A stretch of 64,000 nt of DNA from Acidobacteriota bacterium (GTDB taxonomy: Bacteria > Acidobacteriota > Vicinamibacteria > Marinacidobacterales > Marinacidobacteraceae), in NCBI GenBank assembly GCA_022826825.1, contig JAJDUD010000021.1, forward strand, positions 7,610 through 71,609, read 5' to 3'. Made by a program: the position numbers and the translations under genes. The notes under the pieces are model-generated. The model had not been told where the DNA came from and did not search any database. It saw only the letters and a list, made by a program, of their open reading frames with translations. Within the stretch, counting starts at the first letter, position 1, and every line of letters starts with the position of its first letter. Of this stretch, positions 36,176 to 47,770 are shown one piece after another.

Positions 36176-37750
36176 TCAGCCCGGCCGCGGCAGCCGGGGC
36201 ACGTTGAGCGGACTCGCTTCCAGCACCTGACCCCAGATCCGGCGGCCGACCGCGTCGGCCTCCCGGAGGAGGTTCTCCTCGTCCATGGTGAGGACCGTGC
36301 GGTCGCGCATGACGAACTGGCCGTCCACCATGACCGACTCGATATCGCCCGGGTGGCCGCTGTGCACCAGCGCGGAGATGAACCGCCCCGCCGGCACCAA
36401 GTGGGCCCGGAGCGTGTTCACCACCAGGAGGTCGGCCTTCTTCCCGACTTCCAGGGTGCCGAGGTCGTCGGCCTGGTTGACGGCCTGCGCACCCCCCTGG
36501 GTCGCGTCCGCGAGCACGTCCTCCGGCTGGGGCGAAAGGCCCGGTACCTCGTCGCCGTCGCGGTTCCGCCGGATCCGCTCGGTCAGCATGGCGATCCGCA
36601 TCACCTCGAAGACGTCGTTCGTGTTGTTGTCGGTGCCGAGCGCGATGGGGCAGCCCGCCGCCCGCAGTTCCGGAATGGGGGGGCTGATGCCGCGGTTCGA
36701 GGCCATCCCCGCCTGGTGCGCGATGATGGTCCCCGACCGGCCGAGCAGCATGACCTCCTCGTGGTTCACGTAACGGGCGTGCGCCGCGAAGAGCCGCGGT
36801 CCGAGGAAGCCGTGCCGGTCCAGGTACGTCGTCGGACGGATCCCGTGGTGCAGGACCATGAACTCGTACTCGGCGCGGCTCTGGTTCAGGTGGATCGTGT
36901 AGCCGAGGTCGTGGGTCTCGGCGAAATCGCGCACCGCCTGCAGCAGTTGGGGGGACGAGGTTTCGGCGAGCGACGCCGCCGGGAACACCGAGATCCGGCC
37001 GTTCCGCGCCCCGTGCCATTCGTCGAAGAGGTCGCTGATGCGCTGCATCCCCTCATCGAGGAGCCGCTCCGAGAACCGGGGCGTCTCGCTGACCGCCTCG
37101 GCCATCGCCCGCGTGGACACCGGGCCGGGCACGTTCTCGGTGTCGCGGATCCCTTCCGCGAGCACGCAACGGAGTCCCGAGTCGGCGAGCACCCCGGCCT
37201 GCCGCTGGACGTTCCCGGTGTACTCGACGATGGTGGTGGTCCCGGTGCGGATGGCCTCGAGCGCCGCGACCTGCACCATGAGGTTGCCTTCCTCGCCCTC
37301 GAGGAGGCCGGCGGGCGAAAGCGCGAGGTTCGCGGTGTTCGGGAAGCCGAAGTCCTCGTTGAAGCCGCGCGCGATCACCGCCCGCATGTGGGCATGGGTG
37401 TTGACGAGGCCCGGTACCAGGGCGCGGTGGCGGCCGTCGTACCGCTCGGCGCCGGGAGAGTCGGCGAGGACCGCATCGGTGGGCCCGATCGCCGCGATCC
37501 GGCCGTCCTGGACCGCGAGCGCCACGTCGTCCTGGACGGCGTCCGGGTTCGCGACGGTGGTGTTCGTGAAGACGACGGCGCCTGCCTGCGCTGCAGGCGC
37601 GCCTGTCGCTGCCCGCGCGTCGGCCCGCAGGCCGCCGGACGCCAGCGCCGCCGCGCCGGCCCCGGCGAGCACTTGCCGGCGGGTGAGCCCGCCGGCGGAC
37701 TGGGAGGAGCGCGGCGCCTGCGCCGCACTCTGGCCTTTGGTGGTCGCCAT
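36176..37750 (-). CDS. Metal-dependent amidohydrolase (AtzA/TrzA/MtaD-like) with Tat signal
   Basis: TRRQVL twin-arginine signal; PGLVNTHAH, IHLNQ, AAHA, LGTDN, GKKADL. Confidence 0.85.
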   Translation of the reverse strand: MATTKGQSAAQAPRSSQSAGGLTRRQVLAGAGAAALASGGLRADARAATGAPAAQAGAVVFTNTTVANPDAVQDDVALAVQDGRIAAIGPTDAVLADSPGAERYDGRHRALVPGLVNTHAHMRAVIARGFNEDFGFPNTANLALSPAGLLEGEEGNLMVQVAALEAIRTGTTTIVEYTGNVQRQAGVLADSGLRCVLAEGIRDTENVPGPVSTRAMAEAVSETPRFSERLLDEGMQRISDLFDEWHGARNGRISVFPAASLAETSSPQLLQAVRDFAETHDLGYTIHLNQSRAEYEFMVLHHGIRPTTYLDRHGFLGPRLFAAHARYVNHEEVMLLGRSGTIIAHQAGMASNRGISPPIPELRAAGCPIALGTDNNTNDVFEVMRIAMLTERIRRNRDGDEVPGLSPQPEDVLADATQGGAQAVNQADDLGTLEVGKKADLLVVNTLRAHLVPAGRFISALVHSGHPGDIESVMVDGQFVMRDRTVLTMDEENLLREADAVGRRIWGQVLEASPLNVPRLPRPG

Positions 37751-37808
37751 GGTGAGGACCTCCCTCGGAGAAAAGGGTATCTCCGCCGGTCCCTCATACG
37801 ATTCCCCC

Positions 37809-39593
37809 ATGCGCGGGATTCGTCACCTCGGTTGGGCCTCCGCTCTCCTGTTGGGCGCCTGTGGCTCCGACGCCCCGGAGCGCGGCACGCTGCCGCCGCT
37901 CCACTACCTCGCCACCGCCGATCAGGCCGGTCCGGTCGCCTACCGGGATCCGGTGGGGGCGATTTCTCCCGACGGGAACTGGCTCGCGACACTGGAACGC
38001 GGCCAGGTCCGCTTCGCCCCGACAGCGGGCGGCGCCGTCCAGCGGATCGGCCCGGCCACCGCGTCCATCCGCTACCTCACCTGGCTGCCGGACAGCCGCC
38101 GGGTGCTGGTGCACGAGAACGTGTTTGACCGCAGCCGCCAGGAGTGGTGGATCTACGACCGGGCCGACGGCAGCCGGACGCCGCTCTGGCCCGACCGTCC
38201 CGCGGACGCCGCGCCCCCGACGGGCTCGCTGGTCGAGCTGAGCTGGTCGGCGGACGGGTCGGCCATCGCCGGCGTGACCCGCGCGGACGGCGTTTCGACC
38301 CTGTGGGTCATCGACGCCGCGGGGGCGAACGCCGCGCCGCGGGCCAGCGGCGACCGCCTGTCCTTTCCCGCCTGGTCTCCCGACGGGCGGATCGCCTGCC
38401 TCGTCCGCACCGGCGATCGCCAGGGGCTGCATCTCCCCTGCTCGGCGCCCGAGCCGCTCTTCGACGATCAGGAAGCCTACGGGCGCATCGCCTTCTCACC
38501 CGACGGCGAGTGGGTGATCTACGGCGTCCCCGGCGAGGGCGGCTTCCTCGACCTCTGGATGCGGCGGGTGAGCGGCGGCCGCCGCACCCGGCTCTCCGGC
38601 TTCGCGCGGGACGCCTACGCACCGTCGGTGGGCGCGGGGGGAGAGGTCGTCTTCAAGAGCCAGGACTACCGCGTCTTCCTCGCCACGGCTCCGGCGGAGG
38701 GCGGCCCGTCCGAACCGCTGACCGCCTTCCAGTCGGAGACGCCGACCTGGAGCCCGGACGGCAGCGAGATCGCCTTCACCTTCGGGAGCTGGCGGCACGT
38801 GACCGACGACATCCACTACCCGGACATCGCCCAGCATCTCGGCACGGTCCCGGTGAACGTCGAGGCGCCGCACTCGGGGCCCCGGCGCATCGTGCGGCAG
38901 TCCTACTCCGAGGACCAGGGCATGCAGTGGTCCCCGAACGGGCGCTGGATCGTCTTCCACACCCACGAGGAGTCCGACGACATCTGGCTGATGGCGGCCG
39001 ACGGCACCGGGGCCCACCAGATCAGCGTCGACGGCCACGAGACCGGCTGGGCGCGCTGGTCCCCGGACGGCCGCTTCGTGGTCTTCACCAGCTACCGGCG
39101 CGACGAGGCCGGCGCCCGGCACGGCGGGCTCTACGTGATCGGGGTGGACCAGGAGACCGGCGGGATCACGGTGCCGCAGGTCCAGGTGCCGCTCGAGGGC
39201 TTCACGGAGGACGTGATCCAGGCGGAGTGGGCGGACGCCGGCGAGACGCTGCTCTTCGAGTCGGCGGCGGCGATCGGCCGGAAGAGCCTCTGGACGGTGT
39301 CCCGGGAGGGCGGCGAGCCCGCCCGCTTCCACGAGTTCGGCTCCGACCAGATCCACTCCGGGATCGGTGTGTCCCCGGACGGCCAGTGGGCGGCCTACGT
39401 GGACCGGGCCCCGGACGGCTTCTTCCAGATCTTCCGGGTCCCGGTGGGCGGCGGCGAAGCCGAACAGGTCACGTCGGACCCGACCCACAAGACCCAGCCC
39501 GCCTGGTCACCGCTCGGCGACCGGATCGCCTTCACGGTCTTCAGCTACCGCGCCCACTTCTGGCGGATCCAGCCGTTCTCGCTCCGGCGCTGA
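37809..39593 (+). CDS. PD40/TolB-like double beta-propeller lipoprotein
   Basis: Lipobox LLGAC; many WSPDG/FSPDG repeats. Confidence 0.8.
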   Translation: MRGIRHLGWASALLLGACGSDAPERGTLPPLHYLATADQAGPVAYRDPVGAISPDGNWLATLERGQVRFAPTAGGAVQRIGPATASIRYLTWLPDSRRVLVHENVFDRSRQEWWIYDRADGSRTPLWPDRPADAAPPTGSLVELSWSADGSAIAGVTRADGVSTLWVIDAAGANAAPRASGDRLSFPAWSPDGRIACLVRTGDRQGLHLPCSAPEPLFDDQEAYGRIAFSPDGEWVIYGVPGEGGFLDLWMRRVSGGRRTRLSGFARDAYAPSVGAGGEVVFKSQDYRVFLATAPAEGGPSEPLTAFQSETPTWSPDGSEIAFTFGSWRHVTDDIHYPDIAQHLGTVPVNVEAPHSGPRRIVRQSYSEDQGMQWSPNGRWIVFHTHEESDDIWLMAADGTGAHQISVDGHETGWARWSPDGRFVVFTSYRRDEAGARHGGLYVIGVDQETGGITVPQVQVPLEGFTEDVIQAEWADAGETLLFESAAAIGRKSLWTVSREGGEPARFHEFGSDQIHSGIGVSPDGQWAAYVDRAPDGFFQIFRVPVGGGEAEQVTSDPTHKTQPAWSPLGDRIAFTVFSYRAHFWRIQPFSLRR

Positions 39594-39618
39594 GGCGCCG
39601 CAGGGTCGTTCGCTCTCG

Positions 39619-40482
39619 TTACCACGAGATAGCGAACTTCTGCTTCATCGCCGGCGTCCTCACCCAGGGTTCACCGGGCAGGTTGTCGACGAGAGTTACG
39701 AACACCCGGCGAAACGGTTCGCCCTTCGCCTCCCTCGCGAGGGTGTCGGCCTGAGCGGCGGGCAACAAGGGGCGCACATCGAGCAGGAAGCGTGGATTCG
39801 CCAGCTTGGCGAACATGCGTTCGTGGGCCTGCGCCCGTGAGATGGCTTGGCCCGCAGCGGCCAGATACTGTCCGAGAATCTTGACGATCCGATGGACATC
39901 GAGGCCTTCAAAGACACCGAGCGCGTGCGCGAGGTCATAGAGATCGCGCCCTTTGTCACGCTGCAGCAGGGCGCGCAGCTTCGTCGCCAGCATTTCCTCG
40001 CGCGAGAACGTGGGGACGGTCGTTTCGCCCAGGAACCACGGATTCGCGACCATCAGCGGCCGCGTCGTCGGTTCATCGAAAGCATGGATCTCACGGGTGT
40101 TGATCTCGATCTTCAGCCGGATCGGCACGCCGCTCGTGTCCTCGGCCTCGACCCGGAACCGAAGCTTTGGCGCTACGGAGCTCTGATCGAACCGCGCCGG
40201 CCCCAGCCACGGTTCCAGAACGGTACGCAACCGATCCAGGATCGGACCGATCGGACCCGTGGCGGTGCGGACCAGATCAATGTCCTCCGAATAGCGCATC
40301 GGCTCGGGAAAGTGCAGCTTGTTGAGCGCCGTTCCGCCTCGAAACCGCAATGCGCCGCGTAGCAGTTCGTCCGAGAAGATCTCTACCAGAGCGCGGCTGA
40401 TGATGAGATCCTGCTCGACCTGTCGCGGATCCGCCCACGGCACCACGTTGCCCCAGGCGATGATGTTCTGGGCCGGAATCAC
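39619..40482 (-). CDS. AbiEii/AbiGii family nucleotidyltransferase toxin (type IV TA)
   Basis: QVEQDL, FRGGTALNKLH, RYSEDIDL, KIEIN, KLRALLQR, RDLYDL; GTG overlaps antitoxin stop. Confidence 0.92.
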   Translation of the reverse strand: MIPAQNIIAWGNVVPWADPRQVEQDLIISRALVEIFSDELLRGALRFRGGTALNKLHFPEPMRYSEDIDLVRTATGPIGPILDRLRTVLEPWLGPARFDQSSVAPKLRFRVEAEDTSGVPIRLKIEINTREIHAFDEPTTRPLMVANPWFLGETTVPTFSREEMLATKLRALLQRDKGRDLYDLAHALGVFEGLDVHRIVKILGQYLAAAGQAISRAQAHERMFAKLANPRFLLDVRPLLPAAQADTLAREAKGEPFRRVFVTLVDNLPGEPWVRTPAMKQKFAISW

Positions 40483-41306
40483 GCGTCGGACTCCGGTGCC
40501 CGTCGTACCACGACACGCCAACGGGGATCCCGCGTCAGCGGTGGACTCTGGAAGTCCGGATCGGTCCCCTCCTGCCGGTCGAGCTCGGTCCAGGGCAGCG
40601 GTCCTCGCGACCGCAAGACCTCCTGCATTCCCCCCGTCAGGGCGCCATGGCCGAGATGTTCCAACAGGTGGCCCAGGCGCTGCACGACCGGCCTCTCAAC
40701 CGACTCCGAGAGGGTGCCGAGTTGGGCAGGAGCGATCTTCGGTGCGAGTTCCGCGAGAACCGTGACGATCCTGTCGAGACCACCGGACGCCTGCGGATAT
40801 CGCAGGAGATCGAGGGCAGTCAGGGCGGCCGAGGACACGTTCATCACCCCGGTATCCGCCTTGCGCGATTCGACCCCAGCCGCCACGGGCCCCAGATCCT
40901 TGCGGAAATAGAAGACGATCAGACTGCGTCCCGCACGGATGTTCGGAAGACGCTTCGCCGAGACGACCTGAAACTCCATGACCGCCTGATGAGTCGCTCC
41001 GTGGAACTCTGCCGCCTTCAGGAGCCCGACGTAGTAATCCTGCCTTTCGTGCCGCATGAGCGCATCGACGTACCAGGTCGGTGGCGGCGCCCCCCAGACC
41101 GCAAATTGCGGGGGGACGACCACGTAGAACCCCTGCCGCGGATTCAGGAGCGCCTCCCGACGCTGCAACCGCTCAGCGGCATCCAGGAACGCACCGTGTC
41201 CGATCCCGAGCGCCTCCTGGGCTTCTTCGGCGGTGAACACCGTCCGCCCCGCGGAGAGCAGACCGCTGACGTAGGCTGACAGGGCGGACCTTCTGTCGTG
41301 AATCAT
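40479..41306 (-). CDS. AbiEi family antitoxin (type IV TA)
   Basis: N-terminal wHTH (PRQGFYVVVPP), YYVGLLKAAEFHGATHQ, TALDL. Confidence 0.88.
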   Translation of the reverse strand: MIHDRRSALSAYVSGLLSAGRTVFTAEEAQEALGIGHGAFLDAAERLQRREALLNPRQGFYVVVPPQFAVWGAPPPTWYVDALMRHERQDYYVGLLKAAEFHGATHQAVMEFQVVSAKRLPNIRAGRSLIVFYFRKDLGPVAAGVESRKADTGVMNVSSAALTALDLLRYPQASGGLDRIVTVLAELAPKIAPAQLGTLSESVERPVVQRLGHLLEHLGHGALTGGMQEVLRSRGPLPWTELDRQEGTDPDFQSPPLTRDPRWRVVVRRAPESDA

Positions 41307-41348
41307 GTCGGAGAATCCGTGTTTAGCGCGGATATTACCCGACGATTC
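41300..41348 (-). promoter_or_regulatory. Imperfect inverted repeat over the abiEi start/promoter
   Basis: GAATCATGTCGG..ATCCG / CGGAT..CCGACGATTC arms; TAATAT on the minus strand. Confidence 0.45.
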
Positions 41349-41430
41349 GTTCAGCTGGGATACTCCGTGATCCGGCGTCCGTCCGTGGAATCGACCCGTC
41401 CTCGCTGGCGCGCCGAGCCATCGCGCCCGT

Positions 41431-43194
<1,764 letters not shown>

Positions 43195-43256
43195 GGTGTC
43201 AGCGGGTCACCCGGGAAGTATGGGAGGCTTGTTGTCGATTATCATCATCAGCACCG

Positions 43257-43586
43257 ATGACACCGGCCAACGATCGGCTCCACGGCCATCTGGACCTTCT
43301 GATCCTCTCGTCGCTCGCCGGCGGCCCGATGCACGGCTGGGCGATCGCGCAGCGGCTTGGAATCCTGTCGGACCGGGTGTTCGAGGTCGGACAGGGTTCC
43401 ATCTATCCCGCGCTGCGCCGGCTGGAAGCGGCCGGCCGGATCAGTGCGAAGGTGGCCGTGTCCGAGGCGGGACGGAGGGCGCGGTTCTACTCGCTCACCG
43501 CCGCCGGACGGCGGCAGCTCGAGGCGGAACGCGACGAATGGATCGACTTCGCCGCGGCGGTCCAGCGAGTGCTGGACGCCGTTTAG
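43257..43586 (+). CDS. PadR family transcriptional regulator
   Basis: GHLDLLIL, HGWAIA, GSIYPALRRLE, ARFYSLT. Confidence 0.93.
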   Translation: MTPANDRLHGHLDLLILSSLAGGPMHGWAIAQRLGILSDRVFEVGQGSIYPALRRLEAAGRISAKVAVSEAGRRARFYSLTAAGRRQLEAERDEWIDFAAAVQRVLDAV

Positions 43587-43589
43587 GCG

Positions 43590-46250
43590 TTGCCGAGCCC
43601 GGCATTCGTTCGCCGGCTCGGGCTGCTGCTCCGTGGCCGGCGGGCGGAGCGCGAACTCGCCCAGGAGATGGAACTCCACCTCGAGCTGCTCGAAGCACAG
43701 CTCCTGGAGCAGGGGCTGGATCCCCGGGAGGCCCGGCGTCGAGCCCGCATCGCGTTCGGTTCGCGCGAGTCCTTCCGCGCGGAGGCCCGCGATGCGCCCG
43801 GGTTCGTCCGAACCCGCGCGTTGCTCGCGGATGCCCACCATGCGGTGAGAGCTCTCTGCAGGAACCCCGGGTTTGCCCTCGTCGCCGTGGCGACTCTCGC
43901 CCTGGGGATCGGAGCCACGATCGCGATCTTCAGCGTGTTGAGCGCGATGCTGTTGCGGCCGGTGCCTTTTCCGGAGGGCCACCGGGTCGTGAGTCTGGCG
44001 TGGAACCACGGCGACTACGTCTCCCCCAGTCTGAGTTCGGCCAAGTTCGCGTACTGGCGGGAGCACACCAGCTCGTTCGAAGCGATCGGGAGTTGGCAAC
44101 CGTTTTTCGGCCGGGTGGGCGAGGCCGGCGAAATCACCGGCGCCCAGGGTCTTCGGGTAACGGATGGGTTCTTCCGCGTCCTCGGCATGCGACCCACCGT
44201 GGGTCGCGCCTTTACGGAGGACGAGCACCGGTCCGGAGGAGCCCGGGTCGCGCTGGTATCCCCGGACTTCTGGCGGAGGCACTTCGGCGCGTCGGTGGAT
44301 GTGTCCGGTCGCGTCTCGATCAGCGTTGAGGAAGAGCGCTACGCCGTCGTGGGACTGCTTCCCGAGGACTTCACCTTCCCCTACGTGGCGAGACCCGTGG
44401 AGATCGTCGTCCCCACCGAGGTGTCCGTCGACCCGGAAGACGAAGCCCAGAACTGGACGACGATCGCGAGGCTTGGCGCCGGCGTCGCGATGCGTGACGC
44501 CCGGACCGAGGTGGTCTGGCTCAATCACGGATTCAAGGCGGCGTATCCGCAGCAGGCCGGCGAACAGGAACCGGGAATCATGCTCGGGTCCTTCGGCGAG
44601 CTGTACGCCGGGCGAACGGCGAACGCGATCTGGATCCTGATGGGCGCGGTCGCCGCCGTCCTCCTGATCGCCTGCGCCAATGTGGGGAGCCTGTTCCTCG
44701 CCAGAGCGCTTCGGCGCCGCCAGGAGCTGGCGATCCACAACGCCCTCGGCGCCACCGAGAGCCGGATCCTTCGACTGGGCGTGGTGGAGGCCCTCGTGGT
44801 CGCTTCCGCCGCGGGGGCCGTCGGCGCGGTCCTCGCGGTCCGGGGGGCGGGCGTGCTCATAGCGCTGGCGCCGGTCCGGCTCCCGCTCACCGGCGCGATC
44901 GCGGTCGACTGGAGAGTCGGAGCGTTCGCCATCGGCATCTCGCTGGCCGCTTCCGTCGCGGTGGGCCTGATCGGCGCGTGGCCCGGGGTTCGCGGCGGAC
45001 CGTGGCGGGCGCTGCGCCGGGATTCCCGGACCACGACCGGCTCGGGTCGGTTGCAGGAGGCGCTGCTGTGCGGACAGGCGGCGCTCTCGATGATCCTCCT
45101 CGTGGGAGCCGGCCTGCTCTTCGGCACGTGGTCGAACCTCAGACGGGTCGACCCGGGGTTCGACCCCGATGCCCTCGTAGCCGCGCAACTGGCGATCCGG
45201 CCGCCCACGTACGACACCTCCGAGCGACTCGATCAGTTCGCTCGGGGAGTGATCGAAGCGGTGCGCGCCGGGGGCGTCGGCGTCGTCGCGGGCGCGAGCA
45301 GTCTTCCCTTCGAACGGGGCCTGAACCTTCCGATTTCGATCACGGGGCGGGACGAGTTCGGCGGCTCCGTCGAGCTGCGCACCGTGACCCCGGGCTACTT
45401 CCGGACGCTGGCCATTCCGTTGATCCGCGGTCGATCCTTCACAGCGATGGACGTCCGTGGCGCCGTCCCGGTGGCCATTGTCAATGAGACGTTCGCACGC
45501 AGGTACTTTCCGGAAGGCAACGCAATCGGACAGCGGATCGATCTCGGACGGCTGGGCAACGTGACTCGCTATCCGTCCCTGAAGGGACCGGGAAACGTGA
45601 TCGTCGGGGTCGCCGCCGATGTTCAGGACGTCTCGTTCCGGACCGCCGTCCGTCGCACGCTGTACCTGCCGCAGGCGCAGGCGCCCGACGTGATCGCCGG
45701 CATCCGTCCCACGCTGCCCGTGTTCGTGGTTCGCAGCAGCCAGCCGCTGGAGCGGATCGAGCGTGCATTCCGACAGGCGACCCGCACCGTGGATCCCACG
45801 CTGCCCGCGCCCCGGGTCTTTCCGTTGAGCGAAGCGGTCGCGGACTCGCTGGCCCGGGAGCGGTTCGGGATGATCCTCGTCTCGCTGTTCGGCGCTCTCG
45901 CGCTCATCCTGACCGCGGTCGGCGTCTACAGCACGCTTGCCCAGGCCGTTCGGGCCCGGCGCCGCGAAATCGGGATCCGCATGGCTGTGGGAGCAAGCGG
46001 CGATGCGGTACTGCGACTGATCGTCGTGCGTGGCCTGATGCCGGTGGCGATCGGGGTCGGCTTCGGGCTCGCGGGCGCCGTGGTCCTCTCGGGCCTGCTG
46101 GAGGCGTATCTCTGGGGCGTCACCGGAACCGATGCCGGAACGCTCGGCATGGCGGCGGTCGGGATCCTCGGGGTGGCGGCCATCGCGTGCTGGATTCCCG
46201 CGCGAGAAGCGGCGCGGGTGGATCCCGCGAGGGTCCTGTCTTCGTCGTAG
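43590..46250 (+). CDS. Duplicated orphan ABC permease (ADOP, MacB/FtsX-like)
   Basis: ELAQEMELHLE, TLALGIGA, LLIACANV, RREIGIRMAVGA, IPAREAARVDP; follows PadR with no ATPase. Confidence 0.9.
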   Translation: MPSPAFVRRLGLLLRGRRAERELAQEMELHLELLEAQLLEQGLDPREARRRARIAFGSRESFRAEARDAPGFVRTRALLADAHHAVRALCRNPGFALVAVATLALGIGATIAIFSVLSAMLLRPVPFPEGHRVVSLAWNHGDYVSPSLSSAKFAYWREHTSSFEAIGSWQPFFGRVGEAGEITGAQGLRVTDGFFRVLGMRPTVGRAFTEDEHRSGGARVALVSPDFWRRHFGASVDVSGRVSISVEEERYAVVGLLPEDFTFPYVARPVEIVVPTEVSVDPEDEAQNWTTIARLGAGVAMRDARTEVVWLNHGFKAAYPQQAGEQEPGIMLGSFGELYAGRTANAIWILMGAVAAVLLIACANVGSLFLARALRRRQELAIHNALGATESRILRLGVVEALVVASAAGAVGAVLAVRGAGVLIALAPVRLPLTGAIAVDWRVGAFAIGISLAASVAVGLIGAWPGVRGGPWRALRRDSRTTTGSGRLQEALLCGQAALSMILLVGAGLLFGTWSNLRRVDPGFDPDALVAAQLAIRPPTYDTSERLDQFARGVIEAVRAGGVGVVAGASSLPFERGLNLPISITGRDEFGGSVELRTVTPGYFRTLAIPLIRGRSFTAMDVRGAVPVAIVNETFARRYFPEGNAIGQRIDLGRLGNVTRYPSLKGPGNVIVGVAADVQDVSFRTAVRRTLYLPQAQAPDVIAGIRPTLPVFVVRSSQPLERIERAFRQATRTVDPTLPAPRVFPLSEAVADSLARERFGMILVSLFGALALILTAVGVYSTLAQAVRARRREIGIRMAVGASGDAVLRLIVVRGLMPVAIGVGFGLAGAVVLSGLLEAYLWGVTGTDAGTLGMAAVGILGVAAIACWIPAREAARVDPARVLSSS

Positions 46251-46376
46251 TGCGCGCCGAGCCAGGGTACGAGCCCGCCAGCGGACCGTCTTGCGCGGGA
46301 ATCAGCCGATAGCCGAAACCCAACCCCTCCCGCAGACGGCGCCCGAGCCTCGCCGGTTCTCCATAGAATCGGTGTC

Positions 46377-47378
46377 ATGCGCACGGACTCCCCTTCCCTA
46401 CCTCGCCGTCCTCGTGGGATCACCCTCCTCGCCTGGTTCCTGCTGGCTCCCTGCCTGGCAACCGCGCAGGGCCGGACCCACACGTTCGTCCCGGAGCGGG
46501 GCTACCAGAGCTTCGCCGTCCGGGAGCCGGTGCTGCGGATCGCGCCCGGGGACACGCTGATCAGCGAATCCATGGGCGCGCCCTTCATGCCCGAGGAGGA
46601 TAGGCACCTCGCGGGGGAGGTCGGGCCCATCTATATCGAAGGGAGCGAGCGCGGGGACACCCTCGCGATCCGGATCGTGCGGCTGGAACTCAACGAGGAC
46701 CGGGCGTATTCGGGAACCTCGACCGGGTTCGCGGCGCTCACCATGACGCCCCAGACGGCCATGCTCCACGAGCCGGTGCCCGCGCGCCGTTTCGAGTGGG
46801 TCCTGGACCTCGAGGCGAACACCGGCACCCTCGAGCTGCCGGCGAGCGGCAAGGATCCGGTGACCGTCGAGCTCGAGCCCATGATCGGGCGGATGGCGGT
46901 CGCTCCGGACCGGGGCGAGGTCATCTGGAACGCCGCGCCGGGGAACTTCGGCGGCAACATGGACACCCCGGAGATCCGCGAGGGGGTGACCGTGTACCTC
47001 CCGGTCTTCGAGCCGGGCGCCTACTTCTACTTCGGGGACATCCACGCCCTGCAGGGCGAGGGCGAGATCACCGGCACCGGGCTCGAGACCACCGCCGAGG
47101 TGACCTTCGAGTTCGACCTGATCAAGGGCAAGTCCATCGCCTGGCCCCGGATCGAGAACGACGAATACCTCATGGTCGCGGGCTCGGTGCGGCCGCTGAT
47201 GGACGCCTTCCGGATCGCCCACACCGAGATCATCTTCTGGCTCGAGGACGACTACGGCCTCGACCGCTGGGAGGCGCTGCAGCTCCTCTCGCAGGTCGGC
47301 AAGGCGCGCATCGGGAACGTGGTGGACCCGCACTACACGGTGGTGGCCATGTACCCGAAGAAGTACCTCCCGCGCTGA
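46377..47378 (+). CDS. Acetamidase/formamidase family protein, secreted
   Basis: GPIYIEG, GNFGGNMD, FGDIHALQGEGEITGTGLE; signal peptide. Confidence 0.9.
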   Translation: MRTDSPSLPRRPRGITLLAWFLLAPCLATAQGRTHTFVPERGYQSFAVREPVLRIAPGDTLISESMGAPFMPEEDRHLAGEVGPIYIEGSERGDTLAIRIVRLELNEDRAYSGTSTGFAALTMTPQTAMLHEPVPARRFEWVLDLEANTGTLELPASGKDPVTVELEPMIGRMAVAPDRGEVIWNAAPGNFGGNMDTPEIREGVTVYLPVFEPGAYFYFGDIHALQGEGEITGTGLETTAEVTFEFDLIKGKSIAWPRIENDEYLMVAGSVRPLMDAFRIAHTEIIFWLEDDYGLDRWEALQLLSQVGKARIGNVVDPHYTVVAMYPKKYLPR

Positions 47379-47400
47379 CTCCCGCGCCAGCGCGGACGGG

Positions 47401-47415
47401 GTCCAGAAGAATCAC
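47401..47415 (-). pseudogene. Possible 5' stub of a deleted PIN/VapC toxin (MILLD)
   Basis: GTG ATT CTT CTG GAC overlapping the antitoxin stop (GTGA); similarity stops after 5 codons. Confidence 0.4.
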
Positions 47416-47702
47416 GATTCGACGGGGGCTCTGCAGCCACCGCTCCGCCGTGCCAGCCGAAGTTCGCGCAACTCCGCATCAACTTCGTCCCGAGGGCGCG
47501 GAGGGATCTTTGCCACAAGTTCCCGGAACAGCCGGACACGCTCAATGCGCTCCTCCTCGGTGACCTTCCCCTTGGTTCGGGCATAGATCGAAATTGCCTC
47601 CCGGACGATCGCGCTCCTGGTGCTGCCCAGGTCGCGCGAGAGCGCGTTGATGCGCGCCGCCGTGAGGGTGTCGAGACGGAAGGTCATCTTCTGGATTGCC
47701 AT
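47412..47702 (-). CDS. CopG/ribbon-helix-helix protein (VapB-like antitoxin)
   Basis: KMTFRLD beta-strand, TRSAIVREAI helix. Confidence 0.8.
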   Translation of the reverse strand: MAIQKMTFRLDTLTAARINALSRDLGSTRSAIVREAISIYARTKGKVTEEERIERVRLFRELVAKIPPRPRDEVDAELRELRLARRSGGCRAPVES

Positions 47703-47770
47703 AGCAAAGTCATACTGTAGATCTGTCCTCCCGTGGTGAGCGTGGACCGGACGCGGGGACCGCGGGTCCT

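Noticed and set aside
43257-46250. ABC permease lacking an ATPase as a novel system
   Set aside because: PadR plus duplicated orphan permease is an already described, abundant arrangement in Acidobacteria
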